Assembly: GCA_964016885.1 (NCBI GenBank)
Contig: OZ024749.1
Span: 28,458,001 to 28,522,000 of the forward strand
Direction of reading: 5' to 3'
DNA length: 64,000 bases
From: Eledone cirrhosa
Lineage: Eukaryota
A model generated the notes under the pieces. The model was not told the origin of the DNA. It searched no databases and saw only the letters and a list, made by a program, of their open reading frames with translations. Both the position numbers and the translations under genes were made by a program. Each line of letters starts with the position of its first letter. The stretch's first letter is position 1. Below are positions 13,851 to 28,234 of this stretch, in pieces.

Positions 13851-14681
13851 ATCCCGCCGAGGTTGACTTTGCCTTTCATCCTTACGGGGTCGATAAAATA
13901 AAGTACCAGTAATGAACTGGTGATTGCTGGCCTTGTGCCTAAAGTAGAAACAATTATGTTAGGAAAAATCATTATAATTGGCAGTCGCCAGAACACTGGT
14001 TAGAATGCTTTGCAGTATTGTTTCTGGTTGTCTATTCTCTGGGTTCAAATCCTGCCGAGATCAATTTTGCTTTTTATCTTTACATACAGGGGGTCAATAA
14101 ATTAAAGTACCTGTAATACACTGGGGTTGGTTTTTTCAACTTTCCTCTCTTGCTTTCAAATTTCTGATCTTGTACCAAAAGTAGAAACAATTTTATATAA
14201 CCATACTGACATTATATATAGTCACTGGATTGGCAGTATCGGTAGAGGGTCGGACGCCATGCTTTGACCCATAGAGTTACGGCCCTTTATGGTCTGAGTT
14301 CAAATCCTGCCGAGGTTAACTTTGCCTTTCTTCATCCTTACGGGGGTCAATAAAATAAAGTACCAGTAATGCACTGGGTAATTGCTGGCCTTGTGCCAAA
14401 AGTAGAAACAATTATATATAGCCACTCATCTCTTTATAAATGTCTAACAAATATTATACGCAGTCTTGGTGACATTATGTATAGGCACTCAGGGCGGTGG
14501 ATTGGCAGTATCGGTAGAGGGTCTGACGCTATGCTTTGCAGCAAAGAGTTACGCCCCTTTATGGTTTGAGTTCAAATCCCGCCGAGGTTAACTTTGCCTT
14601 TCATCCTTACGGGGTCGATAAAATAAAGTACCAGTAATGCACTGGATAATTGCTGGCCTTGTGCCAAAAGTAGAAACAATT
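13851..14681 (+). mobile_element. Cluster of four tandem SINE copies (13851-13955, ~14030-14190, 14226-14413, 14493-14681)
   Basis: Repeated family consensus of varying divergence. Confidence 0.8.
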
Positions 14682-15020
14682 ATGTATAGGCACTCTAACA
14701 TTCTACACACTTCTTTATAAACATCTTACAAATATCATTCTATGCAGTCATAATGATATTATATATAGTCACTCTGAAATTCTACACATTTCTTTATAAA
14801 CATCTAACAAAGATCATTATATTAAGTCATGGTGACATATATAGTCACATCAACATTCTAAATGTTTCTGCATTGATACCTGATAAACACAAATCTTACA
14901 ACACTTCATTTTGTAAGCCACTATATGAAGCAACAGTGTTGTGTGTAGTATAAACATACCATAAACACAATTTTATGATGACAATGTTTTATTTGGGAAG
15001 GGTCATGTTGTCTAATATTG

Positions 15021-15237
15021 GTTTCTGGTTTAGGCACAAGGCCAACAATTTTGGGGGGAGGGGAGAAGTCAATTAAATCGACCCCCAGTGCATTACTGGT
15101 ACTTTATTTTATGGACCCTTTAAGGATGAAAGGCAAAGCTAACCTCAGTGGGATTTGAACTCAGAACGTAAAGGGCCGTAATTCTATGCTGCAAAGCATG
15201 GTGTTCGACACTCTACTGATTCTGCCAATCCACCACC
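15021..15237 (-). mobile_element. Full-length SINE with target-site duplication
   Basis: Flanked by atgttgtc(c)taatattg at 15005-15020 and 15241-15257. Confidence 0.85.
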
Positions 15238-15475
15238 CTTATGTTGTCCTAATATTGCTAAAAAAAAAAAAAAAAAGAATAGTAAAACACACTCACCATT
15301 TGGTTTGGTTTTCACTTCAACATATTTTTATATTTCTATAAATAATTTAGCTGGCAATCAATGTTTATCATTGATTGAACAACAAAAATATAAAACCAGA
15401 AATTTATTTTATTTGATAATTCATTTCAATTTTCTGCTTTAAAATATGTTATAATTCCTTAATTCCTTGTTTTAG

Positions 15476-15533
15476 GGACCAGCAACTATAAAGTCATTCC
15501 TGCTGGTTACTTGGACCTTATTTCAAGTAAAAG
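15476..15533 (+). CDS. Signal-peptide-like exon ([19 protein letters not shown]), phase 0-1
   Basis: Pyrimidine tract + tttag acceptor, aag|gtaaga donor, 58 bp. Basic residue then hydrophobic core. Joins in frame to the 19446 exon (...[11 protein letters not shown], a plausible cleavage site). ATG must lie in an upstream exon that was not found. Confidence 0.65.
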
Positions 15534-15791
15534 GTAAGACAGATTTTTGTGAATAACTTTCGCTTTGTTGTCGATGTTGTTTATTGATGTTGACATTGTT
15601 GTAGTTATTTTTGTTATTGTAGTTATTGCTGCTGCTGTTGCTGTTGTTCTTGTTGCTGTTGTTCTTGTTGCTGTTGTTACTGTTGCTGATGTTGCTCTTG
15701 ATGTTGCTGTTGATGTTGCTGTTGATGTTGTTGTTGTTGCTGTTGTTGTTGTTGATGTTGTTACTGTTGCCGATGTTGATGTTGTTACTGT

Positions 15792-15822
<31 letters not shown>

Positions 15823-18800
15823 ACTGTTGCTGCTGTTGATGTTGTTGTTGTTACTGTTGCTGTTGTTGTTATTGATGTTACTGTTGCTGTTGTTGTTGTT
15901 GATGTTGTTACTGTTGCTGATGTTGCTGTTGTTGTTGTTGCTGTTGCTGTTGTTGTTGTTGTTGTTGATGTTGATGTTGTTACTGTTGCTGATGTTGCTG
16001 TTGATGTTGCTGATGTTGCTGTTACTGTTGTTGTTGTTGCTGTTACTGTTTTGTTGTTACTGTTGCTGATGTTGCTGTTGATGTTGTTACTGTTGCTGTT
16101 GTTGCTGTTGTTGTTGTTGCTGTTGTTGTTGTTACTGTTGCTGTTGTTGCTGTTGTTGCTGTTACTGTTGTTGTTTATGTTGTTGTTACTGTTGTTGATT
16201 TCACATCTGCCCCATTTCTACACTATAGACATATAGAAATTCTAGGTATGTCACAACACTTCACTGTGCCACTGATAAAATCTAGGTGTACCCAGACACT
16301 TTAGTGTGTTACCGATAATCTCTAGGTGTGTCATGATACTTCACTGTGTCACTGATAATCTCTGGGTGTGCCACACCACTTTGTGTCACCAATAATAGGC
16401 AGGTGTATCACATCACTTTAGCGTGTTAACAATAATATCTCTGTGTCACTACACTTTAGTGTATCACCAATAATCTCTAGGTATGTTACAACATTAAGTC
16501 AAATCTGCTATATATTTGAGGTCTGACCGACAGGTGTGTGAGGTATATATTTGGCAATATGAGGTATATATATGAGCTATATATTTGAGGTCTGATAGAC
16601 ATGTATGTGGGGTATATATTTGAGGTCTGACCGACAGGTGTGTGAGGTATATATTTGACTGAGAGGTATATATTTCAGGTCTAACAGTTAGCTATATGGA
16701 ATATATATTTGGGGTATGATAGACAGGTGTGTGAGGTATATATTTGACTGAGAGGTATATATTTCAGGTCTAACAGTTAGCTATATGGAATATATATTTG
16801 GGGTATGATAGACAGGTGTGTGAGGTATATATTTGACTGAGAGGTATATATTTCAGGTCTAACAGTTAGCTATATGGAATATATATTTGGGGTATGATAG
16901 ACAGGTGTGTGAGGTATATGTTTGACTGAGAGGTATATATTTCAGGTATAACAGTTAGCTATAAGGAATATATATTTGGGATATGATAGACAGGTGTGTG
17001 AGGTATATATTTGACTGAGAGATATATTTCAGGCCTAACAGTTAGCTATATGGAATATATATTTGGGGTATGATAGACAGGTGTGTGAGGTATATATTTC
17101 AGGTCTAACAGTTAGCTATATGGAATATATATTTGGGATATGATAGACAGATGTGTGAGGTATATATTTGACTGAGAGGTATATATTTTAGGTCTAACAG
17201 TTAGCTATATGGAATATATATTTGGGGTATGATAGACAGGTGTGTGAGGTATATATTTGGCTGTGTGGTATGTATTTCAGGTGTAACAGTTAGCTATATG
17301 GAATATATATTTGGGATATGATAGACAGATGTGTGAGCTATATATTTGACTGAGAGATATATATTTCAGGTCTAACAGTTAGCTATATGGAATATATATT
17401 TGGGGTATGATGGACAGGTGTGTGAGGTATATATTTGACTGAGAGATATATTTCAGGTCTACCAGCTAGCTATATGGAATATATATTTGGGGTATGATAG
17501 ACAGGTGTGTGAGGTATATATTTGACTGAGAGGTATATATTTCAGGTCTAACAGTTAGCTATATGGAATATATATTTGGGGTATGATAGACAGGTGTGTG
17601 AGGTATATATTTGACTGAGAGGTATATATTTCAGGTCTAACAGTTAGCTATATGGAATATATATTTGGGATATGATAGACAGGTGTGTGAGGTATATATT
17701 TGACTGAGAGATATATTTCAGGTCTAACAGTTAGCTATATGGAATATATATTTGGGGTATGATAGACAGGTGTGTGAGGTATATATTTGACTGAGAGATA
17801 TATTTCAGGTCTAACAGTTAGCTATATGGAATATATATTTGGGGTATGATAGACAGGTGTGTGAAGTATATATTTGACTGAGAGATATATTTCAGGTCTA
17901 ACAGCTAGCTATATGGAATATATATTTGGGGTATGATAGACAGGTGTGTGAGGTATATATTTGACTGAGAGATATATATTTCAGGTCTAACAGTTAGCTA
18001 TATGGAATATATATTTGGGATATGATAGACAGATGTGTGAGGTATATGTTTGACTGAGAGGTATATATTTCAGGTCTAACAGTTAGCTATATGGAATATA
18101 TATTTGGGGTATGATAGACAGGTGTGTGAGGTATATATTTGGCTGTGTGGTATGTATTTCAGGTGTAACAGACATGTATTTGAGGTATATATTTAAGGTC
18201 TGACAGACAGGTGGGTGAGGTATATATTTGAGGTCTGACAGACAGGTGGGTGAGGTATATATTTGAGGTCTGACAGACAGGTGGGTGAGGTATATATTTG
18301 AGGTCTGACAGAGAGGTGGGTGAGGTATATATTTGGGTGTGAGGTATGTTTTTCAGGTGTGACAGATACCTGTGTGAGGTATATATTGGGCAGTGATGCA
18401 TGTATTTCAGTTGTGACAGATACCTGTGTGTACAATCAAACATGCAACTAATGACTTATGATATGATATTTAATTGGTTATTTAGTAATTTAATTTGTTT
18501 ATTTCATGTCGCTAACAAAACTTAATTAATTAAAGTGTTAATGAAAAATGTTATCCTGACTAAATGTGTCACAGATGTGAAATGTTTGGAGAGTTCTGGT
18601 TTAGGTTACTGTGAACCATTCCCAAATATTTGAATTCTGTACACCACTTCTGGTACTTAAGAAATATGAATGTTTTACACTTTCACTACTTAAGAAATTT
18701 GCATGTTTTACACTTTAGCTACTTAAGATATTTGAAAGTCTTACTATAGCTACTTAAGGCACTTGGACACTTAAGACCTTTAAATATACTCTGTTATGTT

Positions 18801-18878
18801 TGCTGATATGATATATTAAGATTATACTCCTATCATAGTAGTAACATCATTTTATGTTGAGAGTTATTCTGCATCGTC

Positions 18879-18909
<31 letters not shown>

Positions 18910-19078
18910 CTTCTTCTTCTTCTTCTTCTTCTTCTGTACGATCGACATCACAACTCCTGACAAAAGGAGCAATGTGAAATAAAGTGTTTGCTCAAAAACT
19001 TTGAAAAGGCTTGTTGAATATAAAAACCGAAACTACTTGGCACCGCGATCACAATTCTCTCCCCTCTCTCTCTCTCTC

Positions 19079-19162
<84 letters not shown>

Positions 19163-21065
19163 TGTAAAATGAGCTTACCTTTAGATAAGGCAGCTGCCAT
19201 CCACTCACTCAATGAATTTACAATAATCGTTTGTTGTAAATACGAATTTGCAATCCAGAGTAGACACTATCATAATACTTCAAGCAATGTATCATACAAT
19301 AGTCATATGCAATCAAAATATATATGCTGGTGCCCCAGTGTGGCCACAGCCTGTCGGCTGCAACAGATAAAAGTGTATAAAGTTACTTTATTTTGTCATC
19401 TATTTTCTTTCACATATAATCGTTTTACTTTTTTCATCTTTTAAGATTCTGGTGTGAATGCTGACACAAGGTCATCAGGTGGCTGTGTGGTCAAAGGTAG
19501 AACATATCCTCTTGGACAACCATTCTCATTCACCAATGGATGCTTCCAACACTCCTGCAACTGTGAACGAGATGGGTCGTGGGACTGTCCTTTAGAAAGA
19601 ACAAGAAACATGTGTACACAGAACAGGCGAGGTAAAATACAAAACAACATCTCTATTATTATTGTCTCTCTATGTCCTGAGTTCAAATCTCACAGGGATC
19701 AACTTTACTTTTTATCTTGTCGAGACCAATAAATGTAGTACCAGTCCTATACTGGGGTCAATTCTTCCAGTATATCTCATTTTTTCTCTCTCCCTCCCTC
19801 TCCACTACATCTGTATTTTCTGTTAATATTAACTCATTTCAGATCCTGCAAGAAGACATAAACAACGACGAGGCTGTAAGGTGAAAGGACGTTACTACTC
19901 TCTCAACCGTCCCTTTTCTTTCACTGATGAATGCTATAAATATAACTGTATATGTAAGAACGATGGATCCTGGGATTGTCCTGCCACCAAAACAGAAAAT
20001 GTCTGCATGGATTCAACAGAAAAAGAAAGTAAGATAAAATGCATGTGTATTATTTCTTACAAGTGTTTGTGTTACACCAAGATTAACCTAATAGTAAAAG
20101 TAGAATTTACTACAGAAACCCGTATTTTGGTCGTTAAGTGAGTTAATTTGCTTTACGACTATTTCGTTTGCACAGGGCATGATTGTTAAGTGAGGAGTGG
20201 CTTAAGCTATATGTTTGATTAATGTAAATGTTTTTATTAAGGTTCCTCTTCATGTTACCTTCTTTTAGTCAGGGTAACAGTTGAATAGGGTATTTAAAGA
20301 AATCACTTAACCTTCAACTCTACAAAATACTTCAGCAATGCTGGTATAGCCACTGTATCCATCTCTCATTTTGGACTATCAACATTTTCATTGCACTGTT
20401 TGCTACATGGTCACTGACATAGTTCTACTGTGGATCTGTTCCAGAAACACAAGCAGGAAACTGTCCGGAAACGTGCTAACATACTGGATGGCCATGGCAG
20501 GAATGTCTGTTAATCATAGATCTTAACATTAGGGTTTACTTGGGACAACAACGAATTTAGATTAAGAGGAATCCAAAGTGGGAAGTTGACCGGAAGTGAG
20601 GTCAAATTATTTCACAGTAATGGACTCCCTTTTCTGCAACTGTTTCTTATAAATATGCTTTCGTGTATGTGTGGAATGTGTGTGTGTATGTATGTTATAT
20701 GTGCGTGTGTGGTAAGGGGCTACGTGTATGTTGTGTGTACGTGTGTGTTATGTGTTTGTTTTATGTGTTTTATGTGTTATGTGTGCATGTATTATGTGCG
20801 TATGTATTATATATCTGAGTATATACGTGTGTGTGTGTGTGTGGTACATGCAGGGTGCGTGTATGCTGTATGTGAGTGTTATGTGTGTATGTATTATGCG
20901 TGTGGAGTAAGTGCACGAGGGGGAGGTATTGTTTGTGTGTGTATATATGTCCATCTGTGAGTGTGGTGTTTCCGTGAGTGTATGTGTGTCCGTGTAGTAA
21001 AACTTCAAATATCAGTTGTAGTACGGTGATATTGATGACGATAATGTTGTTGATGATGATAATAT

Positions 21066-21108
<43 letters not shown>

Positions 21109-21496
21109 TTTTAATAACAATTACTTTTACAAAACACTAATAATACTGACTTATTAACTAATAATTGTTTCTACTTTTGGCACAAGGCCAGCAAATACCC
21201 AGTACATTACTGGTACTTTATTTTATCGACCCCGTAAGGATGAAAGGCAAAGTTAACCTCGCCGGGATTTGAACTCAGTCCGTAAAGGGACGTAACTGTG
21301 CTGCAAAGCATGGCGTGCAACCCTCGGGTTGTTTGTGATAATAATGATTTCTAGTATAGGCACAAGGCCAGCAATTTTGGAGGAGGGGAAAGTCGATTAA
21401 ATGGACCCTAGTGCATTACTGGTACTTTATTTTATCGACCACGTAAGGATGAAAGGCAAAGTTAACATCGACGGGATTTGAACTCAGCAGCGGCTA

Positions 21497-21529
<33 letters not shown>

Positions 21530-21591
21530 CATCAGTGGTGGTGGCGGTAGTAGTAGTAGTAGTAGTGGTGGTAGCAGCAGTGGTGGTGGCG

Positions 21592-21649
<58 letters not shown>

Positions 21650-21673
21650 CAGTGGTGGTGGTGTTAGTAGTAT

Positions 21674-21705
<32 letters not shown>

Positions 21706-21757
21706 TTGGTGGTGGTGGTAGTAGTAGTAATAGTGGTAGCAGTAGCAGCGGTAGTGC

Positions 21758-21799
<42 letters not shown>

Positions 21800-24700
21800 C
21801 ATCAGCAGCAGTGGTGGTGGCGGTAGTAGTAGTTGTAGTAGCAGCAGCAGTATTGGTGGTGGTAGTAGTAGTAGTACTAGTAGTAACAGCAGCAGCGGTG
21901 GTGCTGGTGGTGGTAGTAGTAGTGGTAGTAGTAGTAGTAGTAACGGTAGTGGTAGTGGTGGTTGTGGTAGCAGCAGCAGCAGCAGTGGTGGTGGTAGTAG
22001 TAGTAACGGCAGTGGTAGTGGTAGTAGTAGTAGTAGTAGTAGCAGTAGTAATGGTGGTGGTGGTGGTAGTAGTAGTAGTAGTAGCAGTGGTGTTAGTAGT
22101 AGTAGTAGTAGTAGCAGCAGTAGTGGTAGTAGGAGTAGTAGTAGTAACAGTGGTTGTTCATTAGTTTGTCTGCCATTGCAAGTTCTCTGCATTAATACGA
22201 TAGATTCAGGGGAGATCACTCTAAATTACAGAAGAAAAATTTATTCTATTGTGAAAACTATGTAAGTTGAATGAATAACATATTGACTAGGTTATCTGTT
22301 GTAAAAGATATTTAAATATTTACCTTATGTAATGGTGTATAGTAACCCTGAACTTATAACTACGCCACCCCTACCCCACCCCCGGGACATATAGCAACCC
22401 CCTACCACTACCCCACGGGACATACAGGACACTCTGGAATTATAGGAAATTCCCTGGACATATAGGACGCTTCCCCGCCCCCACCCGGACATATAAGACG
22501 CCTCCCCCCACCCAGACATATAGCACCCCTCTTATCAATAGACATATAGAACGCTTTCACCCTTCAGGATATATAAGATCCCCCCCCCCGACATATAAAA
22601 CACCCGGACTTATAGCCTCGCTTCACCCTGGACACGTACGACACCTGGACACATAGGATCCCCCGACATAGAGAATCCCCAGACATATAGGATCCCTCAT
22701 CAGACATATAAGACCCTGTTGCCCCAGAAATACAGGACCCTACCTTTTCAGCAGGGAATATTATGTACAAAACATCAGAGAGCCTGATACCTCAGCTTTG
22801 TGTATAATACACGTGTGATATATTTTAGCCATTTTTTGTAGGAGTAGATAGGTTCTTTCTTATATGGTATCACATATGATAATTGCCGTATTTTCCGGGA
22901 CATATGAATCACTGATGTATAAGACGCATCCCAATTTTCAAGAAAAATCTGAGTAAAAAGAGGATAAGTATAAGAAGACAGCTGATATGTTCTGGTAACT
23001 TAATTCAGTTACTGAAACTAAAACCAAAACTAACTGAGTTGTTTTTATTAAACTGATATTAACTAACTATAACTAACTGGAAGTAACCAACAGTAGCCAA
23101 CAGCAACCAATAGTAACCACAGTAACCAGTAGTAACCAATAGTAACTGGTGTAACCAGTAGTAATTACAGCAACCAATAGCAACCAGCAATAACCAACAG
23201 AAATCAAAAGTAACCAATAGCAAACAGCAGTAACCAACAGCAACCAACAGTAACTAATGTCAACCAGCAGTAACTAACTGTAACCAGCAGTAACTAATAG
23301 CAACCAGCAGTAACCAACAGTAACCTGTTGTAAGCTACAGTAACTGACACTAATCACCACTAACATCAATGTCCTGTATTTTAAAATGAAGAAAAAACGG
23401 CCCTAACTGGTTTTATATACCAAACATTAACTGGTTTTACACACAGCACTAACTGGTTTTGCACACAACACTAACTGGTTTTACATACAACACTAACTGG
23501 TTTTACATACAACACTAACTGGTTTTACACACAGCACTAACTGATTTTATACACACAGAACACTAACTGGTTTTACAAACACTACACTAACTAGTTTTAC
23601 ATACACCAAGTACTAACTGGTTTTACATACAACGCTAACTCGTTTTACACACTACACTAACTCGTTTTACACACTACACTAACTAGTTTTACACACAACG
23701 CTAACTTGTTTTACATACAACACTAACTGGTTTTACATACAACACTAACTTGTTTTATATACAATACTAACTTGTTTTACATACAACACTAACTGGTTTT
23801 ACACACAACACTAACTGGGTTTTACACACGGAACACTAACTAGTTTTACACACCAAGCAGTAACTGGTTTTTCACTCACCGTTTTCTTTTCTACTCAACT
23901 GAATTGATGGTAGAAAACATTTACAACTAAACCCGACTCAACCTGGCAAGAACATGTTACTGATTTGGTAAATACACTGACTCACGCAATAAGTAACAAC
24001 CAATTTGCTCTAACAAACTACCAGGAATAATAATCTTCAACTGCTAACTCCAACTTACAATCCCTAACAGCAACAATACTACTATTTACTAATACAGCTG
24101 GATTCATAGCTGTAATACCAACGTATTGTTTCTTTTCTTTTTTTTTTTTGTTTCTTTTAATAGCAGATATTTCTGAAACGATAACTGAATTTGGTCAAAA
24201 GGGATGTTTAGTAAGAGGAGAATATTATAATTTGGATAGTCCTTTCTCTTTCAATGATGGTTGTTTGCAATTCAAATGTCAATGTTTTCCTGATGGTTCG
24301 TGGAACTGTCCAGTGCAATCAACTGTGAACATATGTCAAAATGAAACGGTATCTACTCAAAAGAATACTACTGTCCATCGTAAGTAAATGCATCAGTAGT
24401 GCTGATTAGCTTTTCACAAAGATTTAATGCCAATGTATCCTCTTGTTTTCATGGTGAATTTAACAGATGAAATATTGAAATATTTTGAATCTCGCTAAAA
24501 AAAAAAGACAAAAAAAAAAAAACAAGAAAAAACACCCGGCAACTTGTAAAATATTTAATGAGAGTGACATCTTTTCCAGCAGATATAAATATAGTTGTTG
24601 GTAAATGTTAATTTTGTAATCAATTATTTCGTTCGTCTTCCTCATATCTTTTTGTTAACAAAATTAGGAATACATGTACAGCGATTTTGTAAACAATATT

Positions 24701-24944
24701 ATGTTAGTATTTCTTCTTCTTCTTCATCTTCTTCTTCTTCTTCTTCTTCTTCTTCTTCTTCTTCTTCTTCTTCTTCTTCTTCTTCTTCTTCTTCTTCTTC
24801 TCCTTCTCCTTCTCCTTCTTCTTCTGTACGATCTACATCACAACTCCTGGCAAAAGGAGAAATGTGAAATAAAGTGTTTTGCTCAAAAACTTTGAAAAGG
24901 CTTGTTGAATATAAAAACCGAAACTGTTTGACACCGCGATCACG

Positions 24945-25040
<96 letters not shown>

Positions 25041-28000
25041 ATTATGTAAATGAGCTTACCTTTCGATAAGGCAGCTTACCTTTCGATATACTATAGTAGT
25101 AACATCATTTTATGTTGAGAGTTATTCTGCATCGTCACTTCTTCTTCTTCTTCTTCTTCGTCGTCGTCCACTTATTCCTGAGAGGGTTGTTGGGGCAGAG
25201 TCCTCAAACACTCCTTCCAGTGGGTCCTGTCAGAAGCAACCATCTCCAACTGATCTGGCTGGATCCCCAAGCATGACCAGCCAAACTCGTGGATGTTATC
25301 CAACCTTCTTGCTCGAGGTCTACCCCTGGGTCTCCTGCCGGTTGGTTTTGCCCGTTAAATCTGTCCAGTGATTCTTTCCTGAGACATTCTAACCACATGC
25401 CCATAGTATCGGAGCTGTGATCTCTCAATTCCGTAGCTGCTCTACCTGGAGTGACTCTCTGATCTCCAAGCTACACACTTTATTGAGTAACATTACTCCA
25501 GAAACCCTTCGGAGGAATCCCATTTCAGCCGCTTGTATCAACGATTGTATTCTTTCAGTCATTACCCAAGATTCATGACCATAGGTAAGGGTTGGCACAA
25601 AAAAACAAATTGAAAACAGTGAGTTTGGCTTTTACGCCTACCTCCCTTCTTCTGATTACTGAATGCTGAAGCTGGCGTATTGCTGCACCACCTTTTGCAA
25701 TTCTTGCACTTTGTTCAGCCTCCTGCCTTCCATCCCTTATGAACACAACCCCGAGATACTTGAACTTCTCTACCTGCTTCAGTGGGACTCCATTCACATG
25801 TAGCCAACACTGTGCAGGCTTCCTTGAGAGGACGAGTGTCTCAGTTTTTGCAGCACTGATTTTTATTCCAGCCATGTAGCACTCAGCATCAAACCTATCA
25901 AGTGCAAGTTGAGGATCATCTTCTGTCAAGTTGAGTAACACCATGTCATCTGCAAATTCCAGCCGACTGATTTTAGTAATCCAGCAAGTTGATTAGTCAA
26001 AGCCATGGTCTATCTATTACAATTATTCAATAGAAATATTTCTTCAAGCGTGATACCTTCGTCCTGATTTAGTAGAAAAAAAAACAGCTGTCCGAGAACC
26101 TAGGACACCAGTGTAGGTCTCAATAAAATAAAATAAAATAAAATAAAATAAGGGACAGTGGAATCTCCGTTCACGAACTTAATTTGTTCCTGAAGGCAAT
26201 TCGTCATCTGAAATTTTTCCCATACAAAATGTTGAGTGAGAAATACAGTGAGAGAGAGACTATGTGTAAAAGACAGATAGATATCACCATAGTAACTAAC
26301 TACACAGCAAGTGATGCTTTCCTGTTGATACACCCAGCTTGTTGGCAACTGTTGTTGTCCGCTTGCGTGTTCATTACTCGAGACACCATTCGTCAACCAA
26401 GATGGTTTATGTTCAGAAAAATTGTTCGTGAACCGATTTGTTTATGATGAGAGGTGTTCACTAAGTAAGGCTCCACTATATTTGGTTACTCATTCTGCGA
26501 GAATTGTTTTCAATTTTATAACTTGAACAATTATAGCGCAAAGGATAAGGCACCTGACTACAGATCAAGAAATTCCAGGTTCGACTCCTGGCAAGCTTGA
26601 GATACTTCAGTTTAAATGGCGGTGCCCCAGCATGGCCTCAGCCTGTCGGCTGGAACACCTATTAGAGTAAGAAATAATTGTTTCTACTTTTGGTGCAAGG
26701 CCAGCAATTATCCCAGTGCATTATTTTATCGACCCTGTAAGAATGAAAGGCAAAGTTAACCTCAGTGGGATTTCAACTCAGAACATAAAGGGTCTCAACT
26801 CTATGCTGCAAAGCATGGTGTCTGATGCTACTGCCAGTATCGATAGGTAGTGGATTGGCAGTATCGGTAGAAGCTTGGACGCCATGCTTTGCAGCATAGA
26901 GTTACGCCCCTTTACGGTCTAAGTTTAAATCCTGCCGAGGTTAGCTTTACCTTTTATCCTTAAGGGGTCAATAAAATAAAGCACCAGTAATGCACTGGGA
27001 TAATTGATGGCCTTGCACCAAAAGTAGAAACAATAGAGTAAGTAATAATTGTTTCTATTTTTGGCACAAGGCCAGCAATTAATCCAGTGTATTACTGGTA
27101 CTTTATTTTATCGACTCTATAAGGACGAAAGGCAAAGTTAACTCAGAATGTAAAGGACCATAACTATGCTACAAAGCATGTCTGACGCTCTACCGATACT
27201 GCCAATCCAGGTAATAATTGTTTCTACTTTTGGCACAAGGCCAGCAATTACCCAGTGCATTACTGGTACTTTATTTTATCGACCCCGTAAGGATGAAAGG
27301 CAAAGTAAACTTCGGCGGGATTTGAACTTAGAATGGCAAGGACCGTAACTCTATGCAATACTTATAGGAAAGGCATGAAATACATATTAGCTCTATTTTA
27401 CATCCTATGGAAAACTGTCATCTTCACACAGATCCTATGTTATTTATTTATTTATTTAATCAATTTAAACGTCCATATAGAGCTAGCAAGCCATGACAGA
27501 CTAGAGGAAGTACTCCTTGCAGTTGTTTATCAAAAAGAGCTAGTGAGACAAGTAATAAAAATGTCAAATATTGAAGGCCAATGGGAGGCAGATTAAGCAT
27601 AAGAAAACGAAAAATGATAATCGTTTGTGTAACAATTGCATCTCTATTTCTACTTACAGATGACATCAAAGGATGTTTGGTTAAAGGGCAACATTTCACC
27701 CTGGGACAACCTTTCTCATTCAATGATGGATGCTATAAATATCACTGCGATTGCCAAAAAAATGGATTGTGGGAATGTCCAGCAACACAGACAGAGAATA
27801 TATGTCAACAACGTAAAGAACAAAAAGCTGGTCAAGAAGTTGCTATGAGTTGTAAGTATATCAAAATAAATGAGGGATTTCAAAACTGCGCACCTCAGCA
27901 CACGGGTGTGCAGTGAGATGTTATTAAGTGTTCCATGGAAGCACAACATCAGGGTTTCCTAAACTGTGTGCCTCAGCACACATGTATGCCACGAGATGTT

Positions 28001-28125
28001 ATTAGGTGCTCCATGGAAGCGCAACAAGTTATTTCAAAATGTGGAACACCGAAACGAAATTGGGAGTAATTAAACTAAGAATGAAGACATTACCAAAAAT
28101 GACCCATCAAATTCACGGCTCTCAT

Positions 28126-28169
<44 letters not shown>

Positions 28170-28199
28170 CCGTGCTGAAGATCTGCATAAGGTGAAACA

Positions 28200-28234
<35 letters not shown>

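Noticed and set aside
15565-22219. Poly-Val and poly-Leu ORFs (15565-16236, 21478-22219)
   Set aside because: Trinucleotide tracts within introns with no supporting splice structure
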